This document shows positions 1 through 14,191 of a DNA stretch of 64,000 nucleotides, piece after piece. Source of the DNA: Ascidiella aspersa (Eukaryota); contig OZ004614.1 of the NCBI GenBank assembly GCA_963924565.1, positions 10,354,001 to 10,418,000 of the forward strand. The letters run 5' to 3'. Within the stretch, counting starts at the first letter, position 1; every line of letters starts with the position of its first letter. The translations under genes and the position numbers were made by a program. The notes beneath the pieces were generated by a model, which saw only the letters and a program-made list of their open reading frames with translations, searched no databases and was not told the DNA's origin.

Positions 1-1658
1 CGAAAACTCGTTATTCATTTTCAACATGTATGGTATTCGAAACATCTGATGTTGAAAATGAATAAAGAGTTATTCGAAACGTTCAAAATAATACCTATTT
101 GTGTGTAAGCTTTGATATTCTTATTACGTCCGACTACAACCTCCAATTATTATACTCCACAATGATTTGTGATCTTTGAGTTTTGCAATACTGATTAGCA
201 ATGAGTATTGAAGGGCGACAAGTGCAACTGCGTGTTTCGACAGCGGGCTGAGGCATGGGCGAACGCTCGATAATCGTTATGATAGATGACAGGCGGCCCT
301 GGCATATCCGCAGCTAAAATAACACGCAGACGGCAAGAAAAACAACACGAACCAGCTCTCTGCGGCTCACAATGGCGTCAATGGGTGGCGCTTTCGGCGG
401 CAAAAGTAACTTTTTAACCCGCGTAGCCCGAAACGCGACGTCAAAGCAGGTTAGTGACAGTAAACGGGGTCGGATTAGGGGGGGAATCGAAAAGTGAAGC
501 TAAGCCACGAATGTCTGTCACGAATCGCAAGCTTTTACACAAACTGGTCACATAGGACATATATAGGTGCTTTGTGGTTCCCGAGCCATTTACCGAACTT
601 CCCACGGATCTCGTTCGTTCCATAAGGAAAGGCGCCGTGAAAAAAAAAAAGTTTCTTGCATAAGATATACATTTTTTGGTTTCAAAGATTAAAAGATAGT
701 GTAAAATGATTCTTCATCGCGCAAACACTGTATTTTAAAGAATGGCCGTACATTACACATTTGGTTCATGTGCTTGCCAAACAGCAGGTCTGAAATTTTC
801 CAATACTGGTTTCTCTCGTGGATTGGACAGTGATAGGAAGTAATAGTTTATATTTGCTGCGTGCTCTGTACCATACTTTTACGTTGCACGACAATGAGCA
901 CTTTGTACATTTAGGTTACAACATTTGCACAACACCTGCACGTTTTTTGTATTATTAGGGCATATTAAATTTCATCAATGTCAGCTTTTCGTCATTTCTG
1001 GTATAAACTCTATCATAATTGTGTTATGGTGGTAAAATTGTAAAACCACGTTCACTCACTTTCTGTATCTAACTTTTTTATTTCTTTGAAAAAGAAGTGC
1101 CTCAAAAGTGACGACATAGCTACAGAAGAAAAAACAATGTTCAGCTTTAAGAAGCTTTTTGTCAAAGCGAAATACCTGCCACAGACTTTCGCCGTCCCAT
1201 TATACTCCGCCTAATGCAACGACGACTGGCAGCGTCCATTATACGCGAAAGGAGATCAATTAATTGCTTTGGATGCAGATGCGCAACACACTCGGCGAGA
1301 CGGCAATCAATTGTCTGCTTCCTATTAAGAGCGCTATTCCTCCTCTCTCAAGCTTATACGGAACACAGCGCTATATAGCTCGACCTTTAAATCGTACGCG
1401 AGTCGAAATGAAGTAATGCTTCAGCGAAAAGAACCGCCCAGCTGCAGCGAAAGAGTGATTAAGCGACCCAGCAACAGATTGACCTGTTTTATCCGTTTTT
1501 TTCAGTTAAATCGAAGTTAAAAATGGTGTAGGACTGCAATTAATACTGCTAAATATAATCCTTACGGCGTAAATCGACTCAATTAAAACAAAGCGCAATT
1601 AGATTGGCCACTACCTAACTTGAGGTCCCTTTATTGTGACGTTGAGCGATTTACTAAC

Positions 1659-4600
1659 CTCCATAAAGTTTCTTCGCGGCGCGGGTCTTCGCTTTTGTGA
1701 AATTTCCCTGTACCTGCAAAAAAAAATCACAAAATTTAATCGAGGAAAAACAAAAATATTTTGTATTAGGTTATTAGTACATGAGTGGAGAATAGTGTGA
1801 ATACAGAAATAAAAGCCTATCGGTTCGCTGAATCGAAATCATTAATTCGAATTTAATTTATACTTAAAACTCAAATCCAGCAGTGTTTAGCAACTTAATA
1901 ATTAATCAACATGAACTATTTTATTATAACTATAAACAGACAGCCAAGTGTGTAAAATCTAACATGTGGCTATGTATTGTATGTATTAGTTTATTGTATA
2001 CGGTTCGTATAAAGAACGTTACTATGCCGAACACCAGTTTTAAACTTTTCCTAAACATAATGAAACCAAATATGCTCCGAAAATAAATTTTCGGCCAATA
2101 TAAAATACGCAGTTCAAGTGGATTCTATATGGTCAAAAAAATTCTTAAAGGCAAAAGGACGTTAAAAACTCGAGCTGTCAAAAGTCTTTAAACAGAAAGC
2201 TACACATGTTCCCCCTCTTAAGGCCCCACTTATATTTTCAAACAGTTAGCCCGAAGCGAAGGTAGGGTCATGGTTTTTAGAGAGGCGCTTCTCTCTCAAA
2301 GAAATCAGATAAGACAAATGAGAAATACATTGTCCGCTAGTGGTCGGTAGTAAGCTCTTATAATGGCACCCGTTGTCGGCGAAAATTATTAAGTAACTAG
2401 TTTCGTACAAAATAGTGGCTTATGGTTTTCCTGCGCGACATGTTTTAAGTAGCCACGTTGGAAATATTTACGGGTTCAGTAAGTTCAGTGAGTTCTACAT
2501 GTTGAAAAGCAAATAAAACAAACCCGCACTGCCGGTTGCGTAGTATGTGTGCTTACTGCTTATATACAGCGTGTTTACCTTTCGTACTACATGTTGTACT
2601 TTGTAATAAGAAATGCACTGTTAACTTTGTGATTTATAACGCTTTAACGCCGGCTAAAAAGGAAGAGTATGACAACAATTATAATGAAAACCAAAATAAA
2701 CAAATAAAGTTTTAACAAATGGAGATAAAATTCAAGTAGTTTTATCTGCTGAATAATTTGTAAGCAAAAAAGAAAAAAAAAGGATTTGAAATCGTCAAAT
2801 AATATTTTATATAATAAAAAACAAAAATCGAAGCAAGTTTTGGATATTTGCATGAGAACACAGTTATATGAACGGTTACCATATAGTTCGTATGTGTGAG
2901 TTTATATCATTTCCTGCATATACATTGTGAACTGAAAAGGTTTTGGTGACGTACCAAACATTGTTTAGAAACTGCCCAATTAAAATAAACACCAAAGAAC
3001 AATTAATAACTATTATAATATTGCATAAGAAATAGCGATGATCGTCCAAGAATAAGGCTTTCGTGTAAAACGCAGAATGATTTTTTTTTCAATTACTGAG
3101 ATAAAGCCCGTTCTTTATGAACCAATGATCAGAAGTGAACACGGAAATCAAATCGCGGCATACCGGTGGGATAATAACATACAGGGGAACGAAGTAGAGG
3201 AATGGCGTTACTAACTACTTAAGCAAACAATACCAGATCATCTCTCGCATCGAACAAGCCCAAGCAGGTCCAGCCACTTCACGGCCGATCGTAAACCAGT
3301 CCGAGGAACTTATCTTTCACAGTAAACAGGGCGCTCAAATGCGGTTGTTTTCGGCGGCCCTGTTGGCATTAAGCGTAATTAAAGCGCCGCTATTCTTAGT
3401 TTGAAAACCTCAAGCAGAACGGCTCTTTTCCGGTTTGAGTCAACTATCTTTAATACCACGGTTGGCAACTCTGCGTTTACCCGCTGAGTTCTATTGGAAA
3501 GTCGGCTTTAAATCCTCACAAATTATCGCCCGCAAGGCCACTTTGAGATAACCTTATAAAACACTATGGTGATAAAAAAGTATACGTTTTCACCATAATT
3601 TCCTGACATTCGTTATTTTGATTCTTTGCGAAAGCGACGCGACCACTCTGGGGATAAAATCATAGGGATACTATATGTGCCCATCTTAGGGACACTCCAG
3701 CATTTTGGGCCAAGCAGGTACCTAAATCATGTTTTTTTTTTTTTTTTTTTTCTTTTTCACCTGAACAATAAAAACGACAGGACATTAATAGGGGCTTGTC
3801 TTGTAAAACAACATAAAACATCGGCGTATCCTTCTTTATATGTTCTGCATACCCGCACCAACACGGATTTAATCGTGAAGGAAGTCATTCGCATCCACCC
3901 CCGCAATTAGCTTGATCGTCCAGATATAAATCTATGTGGCGCATTCCCAGACGGGCGTTCACTGTCAGCAGTGTAAAGACGGATAAGCAATATACATTAC
4001 AAAAGCAAAAGTTGGCGTGGGCCTTACAGCGGAAAAGGACCGTGATATACTAACCACAGGTTGTTCGAAGGAATGCTGTCAGTCCTACTAAGGCGATGCG
4101 GTTCGTTTGGGACTCAGTCGATAACTCGATAGCGGTTATATGAGGCATGGAGATAATACAAAGAAGGATTTGGGTAGGCTTGATAAATGGATTTCAAGCC
4201 GGAGGTATTCAACGCCATATTTAAACCGCAAACTTTACTTTGTCGCATTGCAGTAAATACAGAAAATGAGCGTCCCGTAAGCGTAACGCTTCCATCCTAT
4301 ATAGTTGTTTAAAAAGCGGCAAAAAAAATTAATGTCCAAATATCCGTAAACCTTACTTAAAAGTCAGATTAGAATTTTAGTAAATTGCGGTTTTGCATAT
4401 ATCTCATATCTCACTATGATCCACAGCATAATAATACAACGTATAAGTTCGCACTCAGCGATAAAGCACATACGACCTAAATTGAACGTAATTTAATTTT
4501 GAATAGATTTAAAAATTATGCACAATTATATTTTTCATCGGCTGTATCTTCCAAACCTTGTTTAAGCAACCCAATTTTTAAAATATAGCATACTTTTTTA

Positions 4601-7600
4601 AATGATTTCCACGAAAATCAGAACATAATATGTAACTTTAAATATTCTTAAAGGAAAAAAACGGGTCACATTTGTCGGTTGTCGGAAAAAACGCTTTAAC
4701 CATAACTCGTACCCACATATTATACAACCGGATTGGATTTAAGGGCAGAAGTCTTTACTATAAGGTTCATCGGAAGTAAAGGCCTTGCTTGATTTGCTAT
4801 TCAATATTGTGTGTGTCGCCATCACGTTTGATAAAACACTGGGCTTAGTCGTCATTGTCCAAAAATCTTTAAAGTTACCTTAAATATTGGGGTTAAAGGC
4901 CATGCGGAGGAAAGCTTTCGGACCCCCTGTTTTCCTGGCCTATTCTCCAACAGCAAAGCAAAGTTGATTTGATCAAAATGGACCAACGCGTCGAAAAACC
5001 GAGCTCAATATTCAAAGGCGAAAGCGGTTGGCGGCTTAGACCAAACAAACATAATATACGTTGTTTAAAGGGAGGATATGTGCACTGCAGCGTGCAGCTT
5101 GTAGATATGTTGACAGTGCGGTTTCGATCAGGCTGTTCACATTGGACGTACGTGTCATTCCAAAACGACAGGTCAATTTAACAGAAGAGTGAAACAAAAT
5201 AGGCACGCTGACCGTTAACATATAGGAATTCAGACACCGCATGTTAAGTAGACAGCTTTTCTTGTTTGTTTAATCGATTTCATTAAAAATGATGTGCAAT
5301 TTAGTATATAGAATTTTTTAAGGTGTTTTGGGGGACCGATTTCTCCAGCGGTTTCCCAAAAAATAGTAAATATTTGTTTAAGCAAATCTGGCTATTTTTG
5401 GTATTTAAATGAAACACTTGCGGTCTCTTAAAACTACTTAGCGGTCACCCAAACCAAACCTTAAAAAACCCTGTAAAGACCTACTTGGTTTTGCTAAAAA
5501 GAAATCTATAAATAAAATAACGTGGATCGGCAAAGATCGTCTCTTAGGACAGCTTGGTAAGGTTACGCATTGCAACGCCGATAAATATTTTAAAAGAAGG
5601 TATAGTCGAATTTTTATGTTAATAATGAAATTAACACACAATTGCCTAAGCAAGGTAAAAGCCATCGCATTCCAATATGACGACAAATAATACAAGATAT
5701 TTTTTATAGAACAAGTAAAACAATTTTGGGCAACGGAACTTCAATTGACCTTCACCGAGTTGTACAAACTCTTTTAAATGGCTTAACGAGCGTGCCACAA
5801 AAAAACAAAAAAGTGTGCCACAAAAATCACTTCTTTATCGGAAGTGTCAAATGCAAACAGCAAACGAAACATGAACGCGGTTGCGATCGTTGGCTAGTAA
5901 AGGCCGTTAACCCTACACTGGCGTCCGGTAAATATTATCCGAGTTTGTTCTCCTAGAAGTATGAGCGCCGTCGCCATGGAAACGGGACAAGGCCTTTGCA
6001 GTTTAGGTGGTTAGGGTTGCGCAATTTCGGGTGGAAATATTTTGCCGGAATGTGGGTGAACAATAAGGAAAAAAAATGCCGTGCGTTTGTATGACTAAAT
6101 ATTAAAGAAACGGTTCATTAAAATGAAAGTGGATAAATCAGAAGCAAGCGTAGCAATTCGAAGCGTACTAATTTAAATACATAACTAGTATTCATTCGAA
6201 ATAAGATATACTGACGATGCCATTGCTGGCGAAATATAAATATAAAAAGTGTCTGACCTAAATTACTAGATTTGCTAGAGTATTCTGCTATAACTAGTAT
6301 TTTAAGTATTTCGCAGCGGCTGCTTTCAATTCCGATTGCGCATTGAAGTTTGCGACGGCATCGCTGGTGATACTTATTTCGACGGCAGGCAGCCGCCCAA
6401 ACACATACAAGCGCTCGCCGTAAACGCATATATAGATATATTTATATTTGCACGTTTGTAATGGTTTTGATATTTAAAAATGCAAGCACTTGCCGTTCTG
6501 AGTAATGCAAACTTGCAGGATGGAGGGAAGGAGGGTTTCGCAATCAACTCGCAAGAGATTCCTCGCCTTCTCGACAGAATACACAAAAGGCGGGGCGACC
6601 GGGCGCGGTTGTTAGCGCAGGGCGCGTTTTTTGACGTCACACAAACAAGCCGACAAATAAACGTCGCCGCCGCATTGATGCGAGCCCAGGCGCGACCTGA
6701 AGCGCGAGTGGCGGCGGGGTATTATCGGCCGGGAGCATTTTCTCCCCGATTTGGGCCGATACGTTAAGCGTGTCCCTTAACGATTCCAAAGCACCACCGT
6801 AGCTTTCTGTGAAACGAGCTCAAAAAATTTTGCAATTTTAAAAGGGTTTGGAAATGTCGTTAAACACGAAGGGTTAGGTTGGGCTGGATACTTCTGCGGC
6901 TTTTGTGTACTGTTTAGCCCGAGGTTAATAATAGTTTTACCACGCGACCTAAGTATAGGCAAAACTATAATTATGCAATACAGAGTCAAATTGCGCAATT
7001 GCTCTGACTGTTGTTTGGCAAATGGGCGAAATTGAGGCATGTTGTTTTGTGGATTTTACGTTTTTTTATTTTACTGCCTTTACTTTTTTCTATTTCATTT
7101 TTAACATCGAGTTATTCGAAAACGTTCAAAATTATACCTAATTCTATAATGGGCTTTGATATATTCTTAATACGTCTCACTGCCAAAATGTACACTGAGC
7201 CTCATATTTCGTTTAAATCGCCTTTTATCAAATTTATGTCACAGGTCTTTTTTCAGTTTTACCCAATCGCTATTTTACGTAACAAATTAGAACAAGGTCG
7301 TTCGGGAATACTTCATATCAATTAAGTTAAGAAAATTGTTGTAAGACGTTTAGGTTTCGTGCCCGAAACCCAGCACGACATTGGAAACCAAAATTGTCGC
7401 AATAAACCTTTAAAGGATTTGGAACAAGGATCGGGTCACAGCAGAAAGTCTTTTACATAATTCATGAGCTGAAACACTAAAGTACTTTGGCAGTGGCAGA
7501 ATACTGAAAAACTGTGACTCTTATACCTCTTTTACTTTTTAAGGTGGTTAGGTTTCCCAGCAGCGGACAATACAATAGTTTATTCATGTGCGAATATGGT

Positions 7601-8875
7601 TTTCGATTAAGTATCGGCAAAATGATACCCAACAAAATATACCTGTATAACGTATAAGCCAAAGGCCTCTATAAGCTGTTAAAACTGACAACAAACTCAA
7701 TAGTATTAGGGCGCAAAAAACCCGCATAAGACACGCGGCACGTGGGGCCTGACAAACTATAGCGTCCGCAGCCTTACTTACGCGAAGCCAGAGAACTTTT
7801 CACATCCGCCGGCCACCAAGTCCATTCCGTCCTGCAATTCGTCGAGTCCAAGCACTGGGTGTCCGTGGTTAGGCGTGTAGACCTTTCTCACGGCTCCGAA
7901 GGGTGCTTTTATGCCCGTTGTGACCTGGTGGAGGATGTATATTTTTAAAGCAAAGAATAAAAGCCGCCAACCATAGTATCGAAAATGACTTCGAAGGTTG
8001 AAGCTACGATTTTTTTTTAATTATGGTTTATCGTTTATAACGATTTCAAATAAAAACTATACTCAATACCTAAAACGGAATAATCTATGATAAATATATA
8101 TGAAGACCAACTTCATAACGAAGCCGAATGGGCAGCAATATCTACTACGGAATAACGCCCAAAACCGCCGGACCAAGATTTTGAGTCCTAAACTTACCGG
8201 AATTTTGCCTTTTGGCCGAAATAACACCTAAAACTGTGGCAGAGGGTATGGGATGATTAGGTTCCAACGGACTGGCTTTTGCATTTTGGCGCATTAGTTT
8301 GAACGGAAGCGTTAAGGCGACGCTGTTTGGGCACCAAACTGATTTTTAGGGGTGGATTAAAATTATCAGGGGAGTTTGAAGTTAGGTGAAATGTTCCTTA
8401 TATCGCATTCTGGCTCCCGCAGGTTTAGGTTATTCTGATTTAGGCCTTTTTCCCAATTTGAGGTATTTGTCCTACTTTTGGTCTTATTCCGAACTTTGTT
8501 TTATTCTTGGTCTTATGACTTGAGTCCAAAAATATGTCTCAGCCTTTTAGTTGCTAAAAATAGTGTTGTGCTAACGTTTTAAGTAAATCTAATAATAACA
8601 TTAATACATATCGGTTATCAATATTATAAAGCCACCCCAAAACAGATACCTATTTTTAAACGCTATGATTTTGCGCAAAACTGGGCTTGCAAAAAATAAG
8701 GTCTTACCTCTTCGAGAAACGTCGTGAAGGATTTGACATGTTTCTTGACGACCATATGCCGTCCGCGGTAGAAGTGGTCGCCATTAACGAAAACGCGCAC
8801 TTTCTTGGCGGGTTGGGTCTGCTGCATCGTTGCCAGGCTACCGTGGTGCTGCTGCTCCAATGCAAGCGTTGACAT
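1659..8875 (-). CDS. DCDC2: Doublecortin domain-containing protein 2-like, 5' part (exons 8708-8875, 7782-7924, 1659-1713); continues beyond the left edge
   Basis: Spliced product: MSTLALEQQHHGSLATMQQTQPAKKVRVFVNGDHFYRGRHMVVKKHVKSFTTFLEE|VTTGIKAPFGAVRKVYTPNHGHPVLGLDELQDGMDLVAGGCEKFSGFA|YREISQKRRPAPRRNFME. It has the DCX motifs NGD-x-F and APFGAVR-x-x-YTP-x-x-GH typical of DCDC2. Phases 0, 2, 0 are compatible. Confidence 0.88.
5970..5983. promoter_or_regulatory. RFX X-box GTCGCCATGGAAAC in DCDC2 intron 2
   Basis: Matches the GTNRCC-AT-GGNAAC consensus and lies inside a ciliary gene. Confidence 0.6.
8060..8530. repeat. Dispersed repeat family (also about 45260-45770 and about 62540-62990)
   Basis: Shared GGGTATGGGATGATT / TTGGGCGCC core, GTTAGG-rich middle, and opposed AATAAGACC / GGTCTTATT flanks. 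Boundaries are approximate. Confidence 0.55.
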
Positions 8876-11800
8876 TTCGCGCCAAAATCGCGAACTTTCT
8901 GCTTCTTACGGCCGATCGACGTGGCAATGAACTCGGTGCTTGGCTCGTACTTGCTTCGTAGCACAATAGTTTCAGTCTTTCAGTCTTTTTCGGTGCGGGA
9001 TCGATCTGCAAAACATTGGGAGTTTATGCTCAATCGGAAAGCTCGTACTTTAACTGCAAAAGAGTTCGGCTTTTTGCACATGGGTCCTATTCATGTCGTT
9101 TTCTATCCATTTCGGGTGGTAACACCTTATTGCGTAGTTTTTCGCCACCTTTGCGTAAATGAATAGTAAGAAGGCGCCGGTGATGAGGCTATATACGAGC
9201 CGGGCGCTCAAGCGTGACAAAACACGTGACGTAGCTGAGAAGCTTGAGTTGATCTGTATATTCGCCGCAGCGCGCGTCTGATAGCAGTTGTCAGTGATTG
9301 TCACCCGTGGGCGCAAGTTCAAAAAGCACGCGTTATTTTAGACCTTGGATAGCTGCGGCAACTAATTGCTGTTGAAAGGCACGTAGACCGCGCAAAATTA
9401 CATGTTTTAGTCGCTTCCTTTCCGTAGTTGTTCTCATATTCTAGCAGCACTGTAAACTTGTTGGCAAATCCACTTAAAACAATTCCTGTGTTCTGGTACC
9501 AGGTTAAGTTGGCCCTACGGTTACTAAACTTGTGTTACAGCCTTTTCCGAACCTTTTGAACTTCGAAATTTTGCAAGCTGCGTATCCTAATGGACATCAG
9601 GCTTTCCGCCCTTGCTTTCTCTGTGTGTTAGCGTCGTATCAGATTAGCGCAATTTGCGGCAGGCGACCTTAAGAGCAGGTGTGCCGACACATACATATTT
9701 AATGAACGGCCGTCGGTGTGCCGAGGAATCTGAGGTTTCTGTATTCAGTGCCCCAGGTGTACACAACACTCTAGAATTTTAAATTATCTTCGGTGGCCTT
9801 TGGCGTCCGTCAACAGTGGGAAAGTTTGTATTTATCGCGAAATTGACATTCTGTTTTTTTTACACATTTTTCTACGGCAGGGGTTCGCAAATAGTGGGTC
9901 GAGATCAAAATTGGGTCGCGAGTCATAGCGACGTATATTTGGTTTGCTTTTAAGCACAAAACACAATGCAACACACAGTAGCCTAATCTTAGCAAAACGT
10001 TGTGCTGACTTTGGGCAGTCAAGAATGTGGCCTCGAATCACTCGGAAAAGACTTACTTTTTGGCATTTCTCTGTTGTCAAAGCGACATGAGGACGTTTAA
10101 ACCAACGAAAAATACTTTTCAAATTATTATAATTTGGTAACGCTCGACGCTAATCGTAAGTAAGATGGTTCTATAATCTAACAGGGAAATAATTAGTTTC
10201 AAAATGTAATTATACCATTCATTTGTGACATGCACAAGACATATAAACTTGCGGGGGTCTAAATTGCTATTAACAGCTTTGGCCTGTCGAAAATAGAATC
10301 CAGATTTCTCATTGAAAAAGAGACATTATCATTTTTTGTTTGGATAGTTTTAATACCGATATTCCGAAGAAATATTCGAAATCAACAGCCAAGCGCACTG
10401 TTTAATTAAACCTGCTCGCCAAATAACTGGGCTGCACAACTTTATGACTATTAATTTTACGATTTTTTTTATGAAATAATTTTGCTTCGCGCAAAAAATA
10501 TTTGCGGGCCCCTGTCCTACAGTATTGTATATCATATGTTTCTTATTATCCCTCATTGACCTATATAACACATGATGGTATCTGGATTTACTTATTAGGC
10601 CGAGAGCTGTGGCAAAGGTAAAACAATAAAGGTTCAGCGTTGTATCGCCTTGTGACGCAACAAACAAACCCTCGTAGCAACAAAGTTTCAAAACAAAACA
10701 GAAGCGGTGAGGTCTTGTTACTCAACCACAATGCGCTGGCTCTCCAACGTAAATATGCCGTCCCTGTGGCACACGCAAAACAGGACAAGTGACCCCATTG
10801 TGGTCATACATAACAGGGAAGACAGCTCGTCACCCTTGTTTAAAAAAACGGTCAATTTTTTTAAAGAAATCTGTGTGCACACCTAAATAGGTAGATTGCG
10901 CACTTAAATTAAAAAAAAAACAGCTAAATTGAGGTAAAAATTCTAACCTAAGGTGTGCAAATACATGATTGCACACCAGTACACCTCAAAGTATGGTTCT
11001 GCACACCCAAGATATCGACCTAAAATACCATGAAATGCAGACTGGTGCACCAATAACCTTTTGACAAACACCCGGAGGTATTTGGGAAAATTTATTTTCA
11101 CAATATGACAGCATGTGGTGAAACTATTCCACTAACTTTAATTTACAATCAACACAACTTTAAATTAATTTGAATAAATTAAATTAGAAGTTTATGTTTA
11201 AGTAACAGAAAAGCATGTTTTTAAATTCCAAAAACATTTTGATAACAAAATGAACTAGAAAAGTTATACTTACTAACATAATGGAAAAAAACAAAAGTTG
11301 CATTTGTGGTAGTATATTGCATTGGTTAAGCTACTTACAACACTGTTCTGTGACAAGATTATTTTTTCTCATAATGCAATTTGAATAAACTATTTAAACC
11401 ACACTTTACCAACAATGTTAAATAAATTTTACATGTTCGGAAGACCATTAGGGCTAGGCACACTACTATCGATTTTTTTTAATTCCATTTATTTGACATT
11501 ATAAGAAGTATGTTACAGATGACAAGTACAATTTATTTTGGGTGTAATTGAAAAAGTATGAAATTTAAGAAATATATGTGTTGATTGTATTAGGGATATT
11601 TGTTATTGCAGCCATTTTTATACATACTTTTTGTGTGCCAGTCAACGTACAAGTAAGTGTCATTTTAAAAGCTCTTGACGATAGGTCCAAAGCTAATTTG
11701 ACTTTTAAACATTGTTCTGGGTACTTGAATGTGAATGACCAACAAAACCATGACAGGGAAAGAATAAACTTGAGTTGAACCTACTTGAATTGACAAATTG

Positions 11801-12661
11801 AAAATAGTGTTTTTGCAAAAACTGGTTTGCTTGCTACTAGTAGGTTTGTCTTGCATAAAACTTTTTGTAATCCTAAACAAAGAAATAATATGACTATAAA
11901 ATGTTGGCCGATTAAAACTCTATAGTTTCAGTTTAATGTTTTACAATAAATATTGTATTAGTTGTACAGTATTGTCTTATACACCACCAGAATAAATTAA
12001 CATATGTATGTATACATGGATATTTTATGATACTTTTATACAACGACTTCTGCCATACTATACCATATAGGTTTAGGTATTGTTTGTTGAATAACAATAA
12101 AATAATAATCTTTTTTTAAACTATTTTGTCAAACAAGCAATTATTTAATCAAAGTCACAAAATACATAGGCAAATCACCAAGTTTTCGATTTTTAGATAT
12201 ATATTTGTTCATAGGTAGGCTGCAGTAAAATTAAATTTAAAATACATTTTTGAAACAAACACATGTCTATTGATTTTTACATATGTGTCAAGCAAACTGC
12301 AAAACTCACTCATAAGCAGACAGACAGATAATTTTTTTGTTAATGAGTATAGTTTAAATTTGTATTGTTATAGCGAGCAACTTGACAATATTAATCAAAC
12401 TTCTAGCAAATCTTGTTGGACAAAAAACAAGATTAAACTAACTTATAACATGAATGTTTTGTATGCCAGGCCTGCAGTTAAATTTGTTTAGATGTTATTT
12501 AACACAAACTTAAAAAATATGAAATTGAAATTAGAAACCGATCTGCTGTAAACTGTATGAAACTAAGAAAAGATATCAGCGGTGGTCTAGAATCCTACCA
12601 CAACGCACATTATTATTTAGAATCTTATTTCATATGGCCATATTTGTCTTATTCTAATTAA

Positions 12662-12858
12662 AGGAATCAGGTGGAACTATATAAAGACAAATTTATTGGA
12701 TTCTCGACAAGCTTTCGCACAACCGTGCTTCAATAGGTCAAAGTATAAAATCTTTATAAATAATAAAAAAATTATACTTTGACATGACAAAGCACGGTTG
12801 TGCAAAGCTTGTCGAGAATCCAATACAATTTGTCTTTATATGGTGGAGCCTGATTCTT
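12662..12858. repeat. Palindromic repeat family A (other copies: 40921-41069; single arm 21831-21925)
   Basis: Inverted arms of about 85 bp: GAATCAGG...ATAAAGACAAAT...TCTCGACAAGCTTTCGCACAACCGTGC...GTCAAAGTATAA. Confidence 0.85.
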
Positions 12859-14191
12859 AATATTATTTGAGTTAGCGTTTGTTTTAATATTAATTATAAT
12901 AATACCCACCCACACCCGAACCTAAACATTTTGCCTTGATTTGATAATTGCTTGACCGCTGTAGTAGGATTCCAGACCAGCGCCACGCTATCTTATTAGC
13001 GACTTACAGTACTGCGTAGCGCACGTGGAAGTTACAATTCGACATACCTTCTTGTTCTGCAGCTGAGGGATTGGCGGACGAACTGAATACTTATACCACG
13101 CGGTCGTAGTCTTGTGAAAACGAACTACGCTCGCGCTATCAAAACACGCTGATATTCATCACGAGCCTAATCCTAATGTCCCTATCCTACATCAAACGAA
13201 GCTATGTCTACCCTACACTAACCGAAGTAGATAGGAATCGTTTTGTATATGCTAAAAACACAAATCGCTGTTGACAGAACTGGTTGTTGCTATGGTTTCG
13301 ACCACGTGCAGCGGTATTGAGGCTCAAGTTTAATTTAAATCTTTACTGTCATCTCGCGGATTAAAATTTAACTCAGCTAATAGCTATACCTTCTTATTAA
13401 GAGAAAATCTGCCAAACAACAACTGATACACATTAAACGCTTTCTTTTAGCAACGACTTAAATAAACATTTTCCTTGGCCAAATTAAAGCAACTTTTACT
13501 TGAAATCTTCCCCCAAAATGTTTACTTCTTATTTTTTTAGCCTGACCTGTTTTGACACAGAGACTCAACCATATTTTTATAAATTGCATTGTTTAATTGG
13601 AACGTTTGATTTCTACAAGCGAAAGAGAATATAATTACATTTTCATATAGTATACCATTGTTCAGGCGTTCTACAGTGTTTGACGTCGAAAATTGTGCGT
13701 TCGACGTAACAAAAGTGCAAATATTTCATGTCTCGGTACAACACACACGCACATACACAAGGCAACGGTTTTAGTGTTTTGGGGGTTAATCTAAAAGTAC
13801 TACATGCCAGATTACGAGGGAACAGTATATTTTGGTTATTGTGTGTTTAGCGTAAAAATGAGAAAAATAGAGAATCGGAAGACTGGATTGTAAAACAAAA
13901 ACTGGTGGCGTACAACAGTTTCGATGTGCAAACAATAAAAAGGTGCAAATATAGATTTAAAACATAGAAATCTCTTTCAAACGACGTCAAAGAATTTGAA
14001 CGATAAGAACCCTTAAAAAAATTATTTTGCAGTTGAAAACAATAAGGCAGCCATGTGCATAGACAAACAGACAAGGGCCAAGCCCCGCTGCAGCGTAAAC
14101 CAGCATGGACTACATCTCCGAAAATGTGGATAGAATGGTCAAAAACTACGTTTCTACGAAGAAGAGAGAGAAAGTGGCGGAATAAGCGATG

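Noticed and set aside
6118-6767. Overlapping short ORFs in the GC-rich intronic block
   Set aside because: No recognisable domain and no splice-compatible frame; expected by chance in GC-rich DNA.
10870-12500. AT-rich, CpG-poor tract with GTGTGCA/GCACACC motifs and an LFNIVGKV peptide (about 11400-11430, minus strand) faintly like a hAT dimerisation motif
   Set aside because: It may be a decayed transposon, but there is no open frame, TIR pair or TSD that I can support.
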